Shown: positions 28,333-37,968 of the stretch, in pieces
How positions within the stretch are numbered: position 1 is the first letter of the stretch
How the letters are laid out: each line of letters opens with the position of its first letter
Source of the DNA: an uncultured Bacilli bacterium
GTDB taxonomy: Bacteria; Bacillota_I; Bacilli_A; RF39; UBA660
Direction of reading: 5' to 3'
Length of the DNA stretch: 64,000 nt
NCBI GenBank assembly: GCA_934149245.1
Contig: CAKPER010000005.1
Span: 367 to 64,366 of the forward strand
Position numbers and translations under genes: made by a program
The notes under the pieces: generated by a model
The model's input: the letters and a program-made list of their open reading frames with translations, nothing else
The model's database searches: none
Told to the model about the DNA's origin: nothing

Positions 28333-28408
28333 TGGTGACCAATATGGGATTTGAACCCATGAATGTAGCCTTGAGAGGGCTATGTGTTAACCACTTCACC
28401 AATTGGCC
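28333..28408 (-). tRNA. tRNA-Glu, anticodon CUC, CCA encoded
   Basis: The reverse complement folds by hand into a cloverleaf: GGCCAAT-TG-GTGAAGTGGTTAACAC-A-TAGCC-CTCTCAA-GGCTA-CATTC-ATGGG-TTCAAAT-CCCAT-ATTGGTC-A-CCA. Strongly resembles Bacillus tRNA-Glu except for C34. Confidence 0.85.
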
Positions 28409-28505
28409 AATGACATTATCATTCTATCATATTTTTTTTCACTTTTCAAGTAACTTACTTTAAAAAAATAAAATTATGTTGTATAATGAAAGTGTGGTGA
28501 TAAGT

Positions 28506-28754
28506 ATGTATGAATATAAAAGTCAAAGAGAGTTATATTTAAGTTTGATACCTGCTTTGAATGTTAAATTAAGATTATTAAAAAATAGTGATTATAAAAA
28601 TATAGATAAAATAGATATTTGGAACTATTTAAAGATTAGTAAGTGGAAAAATAGTATTAATTTAACAATATCAGAGATGGTGAATGATATAATTCATGCT
28701 GATAATAAAGATATAGATATTTATCTAAAAAAATATAAAAAAAATTATAGTTAG
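28506..28754 (+). CDS. comN: ComN-like post-transcriptional regulator
   Basis: Motifs IWNYLKISKWK and ISEMVNDII as in B. subtilis ComN/YrzD. Conserved position immediately upstream of secDF. The ATG at 28506 is preferred because the track's upstream extension contains a TATAAT. Confidence 0.65.
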   Translation: MYEYKSQRELYLSLIPALNVKLRLLKNSDYKNIDKIDIWNYLKISKWKNSINLTISEMVNDIIHADNKDIDIYLKKYKKNYS

Positions 28755-28764
28755 AGGGAGAAAT

Positions 28765-31164
28765 ATGGATTTAAGAGTTGTTTATGTAGTCTTAGCAGCT
28801 ATAATATTGATAAGCTTACTATCTTATTTTAAGTTTAAAAAGAAAATAGTTAAGTTTTTATGCGCTTTTATAATGAGTATCTCTATTATAGCGGGATGTT
28901 TGTTATCATATAGCCCAATATTATCTAAGACTAATTATGGATTGGATTTACAAGGTGGCTTTGAGGTGCTGTATCAAGTATCACCAATTAAAAAAGGGAA
29001 AAAGTTAGATAGTGATATGGTATATAATACTTACCAATCTTTGGTAAAAAGAGTAGATATTTTAGGTGTTAGTGAGCCTGAAATTTCTATTGAGGGTGAT
29101 GATAAGATTAGGGTAAAGCTTGCTGGTGTTACTAATAAAAAAGAGGCTAGAGAAATTTTATCTTCAACTGCATCACTTACATTTAGAGATTCTACTGATC
29201 ATTTACTTATGACAAGTGAAGTTTTAGGAGGAAACGCTAAAGTAACAACAGATCAGTCGGGAAAACCTGCTGTAAGTTTATCAATTAAAGATAAAGATAA
29301 ATTTTATGATGTAACCAGTAGTGTTTCTAAAAAGACAAATAACGTAATAGTAATATGGCTAGATTATGATGAAGATAGTGATAGCTATTCAAGTGAAAAA
29401 GATAGATGCGGTGCTGATAGTAATTCTCATTGTTTAAGTGCTGCTACAGTATCTCAAGGATTCTCGAGTGATGTTATAATTACTGGAAATTTTACAGAAA
29501 AAGAGGCTAAAAGCCTAGTAGAACTTATTAATTCTGGAGCATTACCAACTAAACTTAAAGAAATTTCATCTCGTAGTGTAGAGGCATCATTTGGGGCAAA
29601 CAGTTTAGACAAAACATTAACTGCTGGAGTAATAGGTATTAGTTTGGTAGTATTATTAATGATTGCAATATATCATTTTGCTGGTTTTATAGCAAGTATG
29701 GGAATTATTTTGTATACTGCTGTAACATTTTTAGTTTTCTATTTATTAAATGGTGTTTTAACACTTCCTGGAATAGCAGCAATGCTTTTAGGAATAGGTA
29801 TGGCTGTTGATGCGAATGTTATTACTTTTGAAAGAATAAAAGACCAATTAAAGATAGGAAAAAGTGTAAAAGAAGCACTTAGTTTAGGTAATAAATCATC
29901 ATTATCAAGTATAATTGATGCAAATATAACAACAATGATAGCAGCTGTAATAATCTTTGTTTTAGGTCAAAGTTCAGTTAAAGGTTTTGCAACAATGCTA
30001 ATAATAAGTGTAATAGTAACAATCTTGGTAATGGTAATATTTACTAAATTTATGCTAAAAATATTTGTAGATACTGAGTTTTTTGAAAATAAACCAAATC
30101 TTTTTATTGGTGTAAGTAAGAAAAAAATTCATAAACAAGATAATATAGAAATACCATTTAAAAAATTAGAATTTGTTAGAAACAGAAAATATTTCTTTGC
30201 TATCACAATCATAATTGTAGTATTAGGATTTACACTTACTTTGGTAAGAGGTGCTAATCTTGGAGTAGATTTTACTGGTGGAACTAGTATTACAGTTAAT
30301 AAGAATTCTAAAGTTAGTCTTAATAAAATTAAAAACGATATGAAAAAAGATGGCTATACTATAAAGAAACAAGAAGAAACTGACAGTGATATTACAATAG
30401 TAATAAAGGAAGTATTGAATAAGACACAGACAGAAAAATTAAGTAAAAGTTTGGAAAAAGAATATAATACTAATACAGATATATATACAGTTAGTAAAAT
30501 AGTAAAACAACAATTAACAAAAAATGCTATTTACTCAGTTCTCTTAGCAACGGTAGGTATTTTACTATATGTAAGCTTACGCTTTAAGTTTGATTATGCA
30601 GTTTCAGCTATAGTAGCATTAATTCATGATGTAGCTATAATAATTTTCTTCTTCTGTATATTTGAATTGGAAATAGATACAATGTTTATAGCGGCAATTT
30701 TGACGATTATAGGTTATTCTATTAATGATACGATTGTTACTTTTGATATGATTAGAGAAAATTATGCTAAGAGATTAAAAGAAAAGGAAGAAAAAGTAAA
30801 AGAACAAAAGAAAGAAAATAAGAAGTTAGCTAAAGGAAAGACTATGTTGACTAAAAAGTTTACAGATGAAGATTTAATTGATTTAGTTAATGATAGTGTT
30901 AGAATTACATTCTTTAGAAGTCTTTTAACAACAACAACTACATTAATACCAGTTTTATGTTTAATGGTATTAGGCGCCAAAGAAATTGTAAACTTTAATA
31001 TTGCTTTATTTGTAGGTTTTATTGCAGGTGTATATTCTTCAATATATATATCTAATCAGTTGTGGTTAGTATTAGAGTCAAAAAGATTAAAGAAACCTAA
31101 AAAAGAAAAGCCTAAAGATGATGATGAAATAGAAGAAATAAAAGTAAAAGGTGTAAATTGTTAA
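28765..31164 (+). CDS. secDF: Protein translocase subunit SecDF (fused)
   Basis: GLDLQGGFEV near the N-terminus. Two 6-TM SecD/SecF modules with periplasmic domains. 799 aa. Confidence 0.9.
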   Translation: MDLRVVYVVLAAIILISLLSYFKFKKKIVKFLCAFIMSISIIAGCLLSYSPILSKTNYGLDLQGGFEVLYQVSPIKKGKKLDSDMVYNTYQSLVKRVDILGVSEPEISIEGDDKIRVKLAGVTNKKEAREILSSTASLTFRDSTDHLLMTSEVLGGNAKVTTDQSGKPAVSLSIKDKDKFYDVTSSVSKKTNNVIVIWLDYDEDSDSYSSEKDRCGADSNSHCLSAATVSQGFSSDVIITGNFTEKEAKSLVELINSGALPTKLKEISSRSVEASFGANSLDKTLTAGVIGISLVVLLMIAIYHFAGFIASMGIILYTAVTFLVFYLLNGVLTLPGIAAMLLGIGMAVDANVITFERIKDQLKIGKSVKEALSLGNKSSLSSIIDANITTMIAAVIIFVLGQSSVKGFATMLIISVIVTILVMVIFTKFMLKIFVDTEFFENKPNLFIGVSKKKIHKQDNIEIPFKKLEFVRNRKYFFAITIIIVVLGFTLTLVRGANLGVDFTGGTSITVNKNSKVSLNKIKNDMKKDGYTIKKQEETDSDITIVIKEVLNKTQTEKLSKSLEKEYNTNTDIYTVSKIVKQQLTKNAIYSVLLATVGILLYVSLRFKFDYAVSAIVALIHDVAIIIFFFCIFELEIDTMFIAAILTIIGYSINDTIVTFDMIRENYAKRLKEKEEKVKEQKKENKKLAKGKTMLTKKFTDEDLIDLVNDSVRITFFRSLLTTTTTLIPVLCLMVLGAKEIVNFNIALFVGFIAGVYSSIYISNQLWLVLESKRLKKPKKEKPKDDDEIEEIKVKGVNC

Positions 31165-31165
31165 A

Positions 31166-31195
31166 AATAGGGAATTACTTAATCTCTATTTTTTA
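31166..31195 (+). terminator. Rho-independent terminator after secDF
   Basis: Stem aataggga/tctctatt (one G-T pair), 9-nt loop, then a T run. Confidence 0.5.
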
Positions 31196-31257
31196 ATATT
31201 CTATTGACAATACTTTGTAACTAGTATAATCTTTTATTTAAGAATGGATGTGATACT

Positions 31258-33408
31258 ATGGATGAACATAAAAAAAATACAATAACAATAGAGGATTTGT
31301 TGGCAAAATTTAAACTTTATGATAATGATAAAGATGATATAGATTTAATAATTAGAGCTTATAATTATGCTTATAAGAAACATTTTGGAGTAAAAAGAAT
31401 AAGTGGGGATGACTACATAACTCATCCTTTGAATGTTGCGATGATTTTAACGGATATCAATGCTGATGCTGAGTGTATGGCAGCAGCATTACTTCATGAT
31501 ACAATAGAAGATACTGATAGCACTAAAGAAGAGATAACAAGGTTATTTGGTAGTACAGTTGCACTTTTAGTAGATGGAGTAACAAAGATAAATAGATTGC
31601 ATTTTTCTACTACTAGCGAGCAGGTCGCAGCTAATCAAAGAAAAATATTGGTTGGTCTTTCTGAAGATGTTAGAGTTATAATAATTAAATTAGCAGATAG
31701 ACTTCATAATTTAAGAACTATTTATGTTATGCCTGTAGAAAAGCAGAGAAAGAAAGCTAAGGAAACTCTTGAAATCTTAACTCCTGTAGCAGATAGATTA
31801 GGTATTAATAAAATTAAGAGTGAGCTTGAAGATTTATCGCTACGCTATTTAAAACCAGATGCTTATTTTGATATTTTAGAAAAGTTAAATGCAAAGAAAA
31901 CAGAAATGGATGCTGATGTTGCTGAAATGTTAAATGATGTTTCAAGTTTACTTACTGAGCATAATATAAAACATGAGATTTTTGGAAGAAGTAAAAGTAT
32001 ATATAGTATTTATAAAAAAATGCAGAAGGGTAAGAAGTTTAATGATATTTATGATATCTTAGCTTTAAGAGTAATTGTTGATACAGAATCTGAATGTTAT
32101 TTATCTTTGGGACTTATTCATTCAAAGTATAAACCAGTTCCTAATAGATTTAAGGATTATATAGCAATGCCTAAGACTAATATGTATCAATCTCTTCATA
32201 CAACGATTTTTGGTGCAGAGGGAAAACTTTTTGAAATTCAAATAAGAACGCATGAAATGCATAAAATAGCTGAGTATGGTATAGCTTCTCATTGGACTTA
32301 TAAGGCTAAAGGTGGAAGTGTTAAGACTGTAAAAGATTCTATGGAACAAAAGCTTCAGATATTTAGAAATATTATGGAGATAAATGAAGTCTCTGATACT
32401 CCGGAGGAATTTATAAATAGTATAAAGCAAGAAGTTTTAACAACAGATTCTATATATGTATATACTCCTAAAGGAGATGTTATAGAGCTTCCTAAAAATT
32501 CTACTCCCATAGATTTTGCTTATAAAGTTCATACAGAAGTTGGAAATACTGTAGTAGGAGCTATTGTAAATGATGCAATTGTGCCTTTAGATTATAACTT
32601 GAAAACGGGCGATATAATAAAGATAAATACAAGTAAATCAGCAAGACCAAATAAAGATTGGCTTAGTTTTGTTATAACATCTCAAGCTCGTAGTAAGATT
32701 AAAGCATATTATAATAAATTAGAAAAAGATGTTAATTTAGAAAAGGGACAAGAGTTATTAGAGAGTGAATTAAGACATCAATCTCTTCCAATAGAAGATA
32801 CATTAAGTAATAAAAACTTAGAAAAGATATTTAGAGAGTTAAATATAAAAAATATTAATGAATTATATTTAGGAATAGCTTCAAATAAATATACAGCCCA
32901 GTCAATTGTAAGAATAATAAGAAAAGAAGAAGAGGAAGCTAAGCCAAAGATTGGAAATCTTAAAGTACCTACTTCTAATAAAAATGATATTTTAGTAGAG
33001 GGTATGAATGATATAAAGGTAAATCTAAGTGGTTGTTGCAAACCTATACCAGGTGATAAAATAATTGGTTACATAACAAAGGGCTCTGGTATTACAATTC
33101 ATAGAATTACTTGTAGTAATATTTCTGATTTAAGTGAAAGATTAGTAAAAGTTAGATGGAATAGTAATATTACCAAAAAATATTTTACAGATATTATTGT
33201 TCATACTAATACTTCTGATAATTTATTAGATATAGTTACAAAAGCTAATGCTAATGGAATAGGAATAGATAGTATTTCTACTATTAATAAAAGTCAATCT
33301 AAAATATATAGCATAACAGTATTAGTAGAAAATCTTGATAAGTTAAATAAATTTATAACTGAATTAAATAATCTTCCATTTACAATAGAAGTGGAGAGAA
33401 TAAAGTAA
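31258..33408 (+). CDS. relA: Bifunctional (p)ppGpp synthetase/hydrolase Rel
   Basis: HD hydrolase motif LLHDTIEDT, synthetase region RSKSIYSIYKKM...ALRVIV, TGS and C-terminal ACT-like domain. 716 aa. Confidence 0.92.
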   Translation: MDEHKKNTITIEDLLAKFKLYDNDKDDIDLIIRAYNYAYKKHFGVKRISGDDYITHPLNVAMILTDINADAECMAAALLHDTIEDTDSTKEEITRLFGSTVALLVDGVTKINRLHFSTTSEQVAANQRKILVGLSEDVRVIIIKLADRLHNLRTIYVMPVEKQRKKAKETLEILTPVADRLGINKIKSELEDLSLRYLKPDAYFDILEKLNAKKTEMDADVAEMLNDVSSLLTEHNIKHEIFGRSKSIYSIYKKMQKGKKFNDIYDILALRVIVDTESECYLSLGLIHSKYKPVPNRFKDYIAMPKTNMYQSLHTTIFGAEGKLFEIQIRTHEMHKIAEYGIASHWTYKAKGGSVKTVKDSMEQKLQIFRNIMEINEVSDTPEEFINSIKQEVLTTDSIYVYTPKGDVIELPKNSTPIDFAYKVHTEVGNTVVGAIVNDAIVPLDYNLKTGDIIKINTSKSARPNKDWLSFVITSQARSKIKAYYNKLEKDVNLEKGQELLESELRHQSLPIEDTLSNKNLEKIFRELNIKNINELYLGIASNKYTAQSIVRIIRKEEEEAKPKIGNLKVPTSNKNDILVEGMNDIKVNLSGCCKPIPGDKIIGYITKGSGITIHRITCSNISDLSERLVKVRWNSNITKKYFTDIIVHTNTSDNLLDIVTKANANGIGIDSISTINKSQSKIYSITVLVENLDKLNKFITELNNLPFTIEVERIK

Positions 33409-33409
33409 G

Positions 33410-34420
33410 ATGATATATCCTAAATTTTTGCAGAAGTTTGATACGATCGCTGTTAGTGCACCATCTGATGGAAAGACAGATAAGTTGGATTTGATAAGGT
33501 TAGATAATGCTTATAGTAAATTGGAGAATATTGGCTTTAAGATAAAGGAAGATAGTAATGTTAGGGTAAGTATTAATGCTAGGAGTGCTAGTGCTTTAGT
33601 ACGAGCTAAGAATATTTTAAATAATTTTAAAGATAAGGATGCTAAGGCTATTATAAGTGCTAGTGGTGGAGAGTTTTTGATGGAAATTCTTCCATATATA
33701 GATGCAAATGTTATAAAAAATAACCCAACATGGTTTTGTGGTTATTCTGATAATACAGCTTTATCATTTTTTATAACTACAGCTCTTGATATAGCTACTA
33801 TTTATTCAGATAATATAAGTTGTTTTGGAATGGATAACTGGCATGATAGTGTTTACAATTTTTTAGAAGTATTAAAGGGAAATATTATAATTCAAAATAG
33901 TTTTTCAATGTACCAAAGTAATTATCTTGAATATAAAACTGGTTTGGAAGGCTATAACTTGGATACTAAAGTTAATTGGTGTAATCTAAATAGGCAAAAG
34001 ATAAGTATGAGTGGTAGGCTAGTAGGTGGATGTTTAGATGTTCTTTTAAACTTAGTTGGAACTAGGTATGATAAGGTTAGTGAATTTACTACTAGGTATA
34101 AAGATGATGGTATAATTTGGTTTCTAGAGAGTTGTGATTTAACAAATGAGCAAATAATAAGAGGATTATGGCAATTAAAAGAAGCTGGCTGGTTTAGCAG
34201 TACTAAAGGATTTATTTTTGGAAGAAGTGTATTTACTAAAACTTATACTAATACAAGTTATGAGGATGCTATTAAAACATCTTTAGAAGAACTTGATGTT
34301 CCTATTATAATAGGTGCAGATTTTGGACATACGGCTCCTAGAATGACTTTAATTAATGGATCATATGCTAAAATAAAATCAATAGATGGAAAAGGAAGTA
34401 TAGAAATGTTATTAAAATGA
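33410..34420 (+). CDS. LD-carboxypeptidase / S66 family peptidase
   Basis: SGGEFLMEILPYID, nucleophile motif CGYSDNTAL and C-terminal ADFGHTAP. Confidence 0.7.
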   Translation: MIYPKFLQKFDTIAVSAPSDGKTDKLDLIRLDNAYSKLENIGFKIKEDSNVRVSINARSASALVRAKNILNNFKDKDAKAIISASGGEFLMEILPYIDANVIKNNPTWFCGYSDNTALSFFITTALDIATIYSDNISCFGMDNWHDSVYNFLEVLKGNIIIQNSFSMYQSNYLEYKTGLEGYNLDTKVNWCNLNRQKISMSGRLVGGCLDVLLNLVGTRYDKVSEFTTRYKDDGIIWFLESCDLTNEQIIRGLWQLKEAGWFSSTKGFIFGRSVFTKTYTNTSYEDAIKTSLEELDVPIIIGADFGHTAPRMTLINGSYAKIKSIDGKGSIEMLLK

Positions 34421-34508
34421 TATTTTGAGACTACTGAAAAAGTCTATAAGACTTAAACTAAGTGATAGTTATAATGATTATAATATTAACATTTAGGAGG
34501 CTAAAGCT

Positions 34509-34697
34509 ATGAATGAAAGAGAATTGGATTCAAGCGTTAATGAATATAAAGAACAATATAAATCCAATAATTATGTGAGACAATTACAATTGGATATGGC
34601 TATTGGACTTCAAGAAGTCAATAATTTAAAACCTTCTAAATATTTAAAAAAACTATTAGAGGAAGAAGTAGAAGGTAATTTAACAATAGAAGATTAA
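34509..34697 (+). CDS. VbhA-like small protein (Fic-antitoxin-like), orphan
   Basis: RBS TAGGAGG. 62 aa. MAIGLQEVNNLKPSKYLKKLLEEEVEGNLTIED parallels the VbhA pattern A.AS..LEG.EPS......Y..GEI..EE. The [ST]xxxE[GN] inhibitory motif is not conserved. Similarity judged by eye only. Confidence 0.3.
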   Translation: MNERELDSSVNEYKEQYKSNNYVRQLQLDMAIGLQEVNNLKPSKYLKKLLEEEVEGNLTIED

Positions 34698-34795
34698 TTT
34701 CTTCTTTTTTAGTTAGTAAAACTTTATTAAAATATTTTAAGTTATTATTTAAATGTATTAATTTAATAGCTTTTTACAATATAATAATATATAGT

Positions 34796-34890
34796 CAAAA
34801 TACAAAAAGCAATAATTTTATAAAAAAGTATTCTGCAAAATACAAAAAATAATGATTTTATAAAAAAGTATTCTACAAAATACAAAATTA
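34796..34890. repeat. 40-bp tandem direct repeat, about 2.4 copies
   Basis: caaaatacaaaaagcaataattttataaaaaagtattctg (34796-34835), caaaatacaaaaaataatgattttataaaaaagtattcta (34836-34875), then caaaatacaaaatta. Confidence 0.85.
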
Positions 34891-35225
34891 AATTTTAGTA
34901 AATATTTTTAATTATAGTTATAATAATAAAAACAATTAATTTTTGAAAGTAATTAAAAGATATTGTAGATTTTTTATTTGTATACGATAAAAGACAAATA
35001 TTCTTCAGCGATGGAAAGAATTTGTAAAGGTATAATCATAATGGTTAAATATTTTTAAGATATATTTCAGAAGAAATAAGAGCTTTTGAGATTTATAGAA
35101 AAGAGCCAAAATATAGAGAAAGAATAGTTAGATATTTTGATTTTATTTTCCAATTTTTTCAACTGTCTTATATTTTTATATTCTTTTTTTTAGTTTTACA
35201 TATAATTATATAGAAGGTGATCTAA

Positions 35226-35609
35226 ATGGGAAATAGTAAAGTCGATGAATTTAAAATGTTTGTAAAAGCTAATCCTTTCTTGATAGATTATATAAAAAAG
35301 GGTAAAAAAAGTTGGCAGGACTTGTATGAAATATATGATATTTATGGTAGTGATGAAGAGTATTGGAATAAGTATTTAGAAGAAACCAAGCAAGATAATG
35401 ACAAAAATAATGCAGAGAGAAATAATTCCACTTTTACTAATCATGTAGATGAACTAATTAAAATGGCTAAAAATGTAGATGTAGATAAAGTTCAAGAGGG
35501 AATTACTTCATTACAAAAAACTTTAGCTTTATTTGGAGATCTGTTTGCTAGTAAAAAGCCTACTAGTACGTATAATCCTCGTCCATTATATAAAAGGTTT
35601 GATGATTAA
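35226..35609 (+). CDS. ylbD: YlbD-like protein (putative spore coat protein family)
   Basis: VDEFKMFVKANPFLIDYIKKGKKSWQDLYEIYDIYG resembles B. subtilis YlbD. Synteny with ylbE-ylbF-rsmD. Confidence 0.6.
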   Translation: MGNSKVDEFKMFVKANPFLIDYIKKGKKSWQDLYEIYDIYGSDEEYWNKYLEETKQDNDKNNAERNNSTFTNHVDELIKMAKNVDVDKVQEGITSLQKTLALFGDLFASKKPTSTYNPRPLYKRFDD

Positions 35610-35833
35610 TGCTTTATGATATTCAATATAAAATAAATAGTGATATAAATTTAAAAAAATTTTTAAGAGAGAACTCTTATTGGTATAAAGAATTAAATAG
35701 AAATCCAGAGAATTTTAAGTATTTTGTAGAGGATATGAAAATAAAATATAAATTAACTCCTGCTGATAAAATTAATAGAACTGTAGAGAGTATAAATATG
35801 TTACAAAGCTTTTTAGATATTTTAAATAAGTGA
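35609..35833 (+). CDS. ylbE: YlbE-like protein
   Basis: LKKFLRENSYWYKELNRNPENFKYF matches the YlbE-family signature. Start overlaps the previous stop. Confidence 0.6.
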   Translation: MLYDIQYKINSDINLKKFLRENSYWYKELNRNPENFKYFVEDMKIKYKLTPADKINRTVESINMLQSFLDILNK

Positions 35834-35899
35834 TTGTTATAATTTTAGAGACAAATAGAATTAATTTTGGTAAAATATAATAAGAAAAGAGGTTTTGCT

Positions 35900-36199
35900 A
35901 TGAACGAGGTTATAGAAAAAACTTATGATTTAATAGATGAATTAGATAATAGTGTAATTATAAAAGAACTACTTTTATATAAAAAAGAAATAACTCATAA
36001 TAAGGAAATTCAAGAATTGTTATCTCGAGGAAATAATCTAGAAGATGATTATGCTTTAAAAAGTATTAAGGAAAAGTTATATAGTTATAAGGAATATAAG
36101 AAATATATGGAAAATTATACTAAGTTAAGATATATAACTATGGATATAAATAATAAAATAAATAGCTTAATTAATAATAAGAGTTGTCATAGGATATAG
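35900..36199 (+). CDS. ylbF: YlbF/YmcA/YheA-family helical regulator-like protein
   Basis: AAAAGAGG RBS before the ATG at 35900. All-helical ~99 aa. Position between ylbE and rsmD as in Bacillus. Confidence 0.5.
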   Translation: MNEVIEKTYDLIDELDNSVIIKELLLYKKEITHNKEIQELLSRGNNLEDDYALKSIKEKLYSYKEYKKYMENYTKLRYITMDINNKINSLINNKSCHRI

Positions 36200-36207
36200 G
36201 TGATATT

Positions 36208-36756
36208 ATGAAGATAATTAGTGGTACTTTGAAAGGAAGAACAATTAAAGGATTTAATATAGAGGGAACAAGGCCAACTATGGATAGAGTGAAAGAGAGT
36301 GTCTTTGCTAGTATTCAGAATTATTTACCAAATAGTCAAGTTTTAGATTTATTTGCAGGTACAGGTAATCTTGGAATAGAGGCTATAAGTAATGGGGCTA
36401 AATGTTGTTATTTTGTTGATAATAATATAAAATGTATAAAAAACATAAAAAATACTATAAAAGAGTTTCAGATAGAAAATTATTCTAGAGTTCTTAATAC
36501 TGATTATAAGTCTGCTTTAAATTTATTAAAAAAAGATAATATTAAGTTTGATATTATATTTATAGATCCACCATATGATTATAAAAATATAAGTGATATA
36601 GTTTTAATGATTAAGAAAAATAATTTGTTAAATGAAGGTGGAATATTGGTATTAGAGTTTAGATATGATAATTTGGATATAGATAATGAGGAATTTACTT
36701 TAAGGAAAGCTAAAAAATATGGAGATAAATATGTCTATATTTATGTAAAGAAATAA
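36208..36756 (+). CDS. rsmD: 16S rRNA (guanine966-N2)-methyltransferase RsmD
   Basis: MKIISGTLKGRTIKG...TRPTMDRVKESVF...LDLFAGTGNLGIEA...FIDPPY. Confidence 0.9.
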   Translation: MKIISGTLKGRTIKGFNIEGTRPTMDRVKESVFASIQNYLPNSQVLDLFAGTGNLGIEAISNGAKCCYFVDNNIKCIKNIKNTIKEFQIENYSRVLNTDYKSALNLLKKDNIKFDIIFIDPPYDYKNISDIVLMIKKNNLLNEGGILVLEFRYDNLDIDNEEFTLRKAKKYGDKYVYIYVKK

Positions 36757-36813
36757 ATAGCGTTTGTATATAGGACTTTATTCATGGTATACTACTATTA
36801 GATAGGAGTAGTT

Positions 36814-37572
36814 ATGAGTGGAAATATAGAAAGTTTAGAAGAACAGTACTTTAAAGTAATAGAGGGTTTAACAGAGGTTGATGATATTAAGAAAGCACTT
36901 CCAGAAGATGATTATGTAAATTTTTTCTCTTTGATGGAGGGAATAATTGAAAGAATAGATAATTCTGTTAAGGAACTAGAAAAAGAGATAGCGACAGAAC
37001 AAGACAAGGAAATGCTATTAGAGTATAAGTTGGAAATAGAATTGTTTGGACTAAAAAAAGAATTATGTCTACAAAAATTAAAGAAAGCTAATAATGATGT
37101 TGAAATAGAAAAGCGTTCTTTAGTCAATCCTAAAAAACATATAATCTTTGCAAAAAGAAGTGGAGATGGTACTTATTTAGAAAAGGATTTAAGAAATATG
37201 TCTCCAGAATATTATGATAGGGTTAGAGAGACATTAGCTGATTTAGAAAATGGAACTGCAAAAATAAAGGCTTTAACTGGTAATAAAAAGTTAGTGAATA
37301 TTTTGGAAGTAACTCCATTTAAGGTAAGAGTTATGTTTAAAAATTTAAGTGAAGATACAATATATGTTATTATGGCTAGAGTAAAAAAATCTGATAATAG
37401 TGTACTTGATAGACAAGAACCAATAAAACGAGCTCAAAATACAGATAGCGAATACCAAAAATTAAAAGAAGATATAAATAATCCGGAAAAGAGGGAAAAA
37501 CTGTTAAAGGAACATGGTCAGATTAGGGATGATATTTTTAAATATATGACTCATCATAATAGGAAGGGATAA
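36814..37572 (+). CDS. Hypothetical protein: coiled-coil N-domain fused to a RelE/HigB (Gp49-like) toxin-fold domain
   Basis: C-terminal half KHIIFAKRSG...KALTGNKKLVNILEVTPFKVRVMFKNLSEDTIYVIMARVKKSDNSVLDRQEPIKRA follows the HigB/Gp49 pattern K.L.G...L.E.R....R..F......I.V....KK......E.I.RA. Pattern match by eye. Confidence 0.4.
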   Translation: MSGNIESLEEQYFKVIEGLTEVDDIKKALPEDDYVNFFSLMEGIIERIDNSVKELEKEIATEQDKEMLLEYKLEIELFGLKKELCLQKLKKANNDVEIEKRSLVNPKKHIIFAKRSGDGTYLEKDLRNMSPEYYDRVRETLADLENGTAKIKALTGNKKLVNILEVTPFKVRVMFKNLSEDTIYVIMARVKKSDNSVLDRQEPIKRAQNTDSEYQKLKEDINNPEKREKLLKEHGQIRDDIFKYMTHHNRKG

Positions 37573-37576
37573 GTAT

Positions 37577-37846
37577 ATGGATGATAATGTAATTAGAAAA
37601 AGAAAAATAAGAAATGAAACTGCAAAGAAACTAGAAAAAAAGTTGAAGTTAGAGTATTCTAGAATAATTCTAGATGAAATAAGTCAAGAACCTAAACTTT
37701 TTTATGAACTTTTAGATGATTTAGATGTTTTGGAGCAGGATTTATTTGATAGTTTATCAGGAAAGAAAGAGAGAAATATTAGTTTTTATGATCAGGCGTT
37801 GGTTAGTGTTAAAGAAAAGAAATTAAAAATGAAAAAAGGCAAATAA
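37577..37846 (+). CDS. Small highly charged helical protein, unknown (possible partner of the preceding gene)
   Basis: ORF with RBS GGAAGGGA, 4 nt after the previous stop. 89 aa, K/E-rich. Confidence 0.4.
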   Translation: MDDNVIRKRKIRNETAKKLEKKLKLEYSRIILDEISQEPKLFYELLDDLDVLEQDLFDSLSGKKERNISFYDQALVSVKEKKLKMKKGK

Positions 37847-37875
37847 TGACTAATGAATAATTTATTCTTATATAG

Positions 37876-37911
37876 ATAGTATTGTTGAATAATTACATCA
37901 ATACTATTTTT
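37876..37911 (+). terminator. Rho-independent terminator
   Basis: 9-bp stem atagtattg/caatactat, 14-nt loop, then TTTTT. Confidence 0.55.
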
Positions 37912-37931
37912 AATCTTTAATTAAAAAATGC

Positions 37932-37960
37932 TTGCCAAATTAATTAAAGTGTGTCATACT
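37932..37960 (+). promoter_or_regulatory. Candidate promoter of the XRE regulator gene (extended -10)
   Basis: TTGCCA, a 17-nt spacer, then TGtCATACT. Confidence 0.4.
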
Positions 37961-37968
37961 ATTACTTG

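Noticed and set aside
31204-31230. TTGACA ... TATAAT promoter upstream of relA
   Set aside because: Both hexamers are perfect, but the spacer is only 15 nt by my count, outside the usual 16-18 nt. It was not reported as a feature.
34796-34890. Possible CRISPR array
   Set aside because: The repeats are contiguous with no spacers. There are only about 2.4 copies, the sequence is AT-only, and there are no cas genes in the window.
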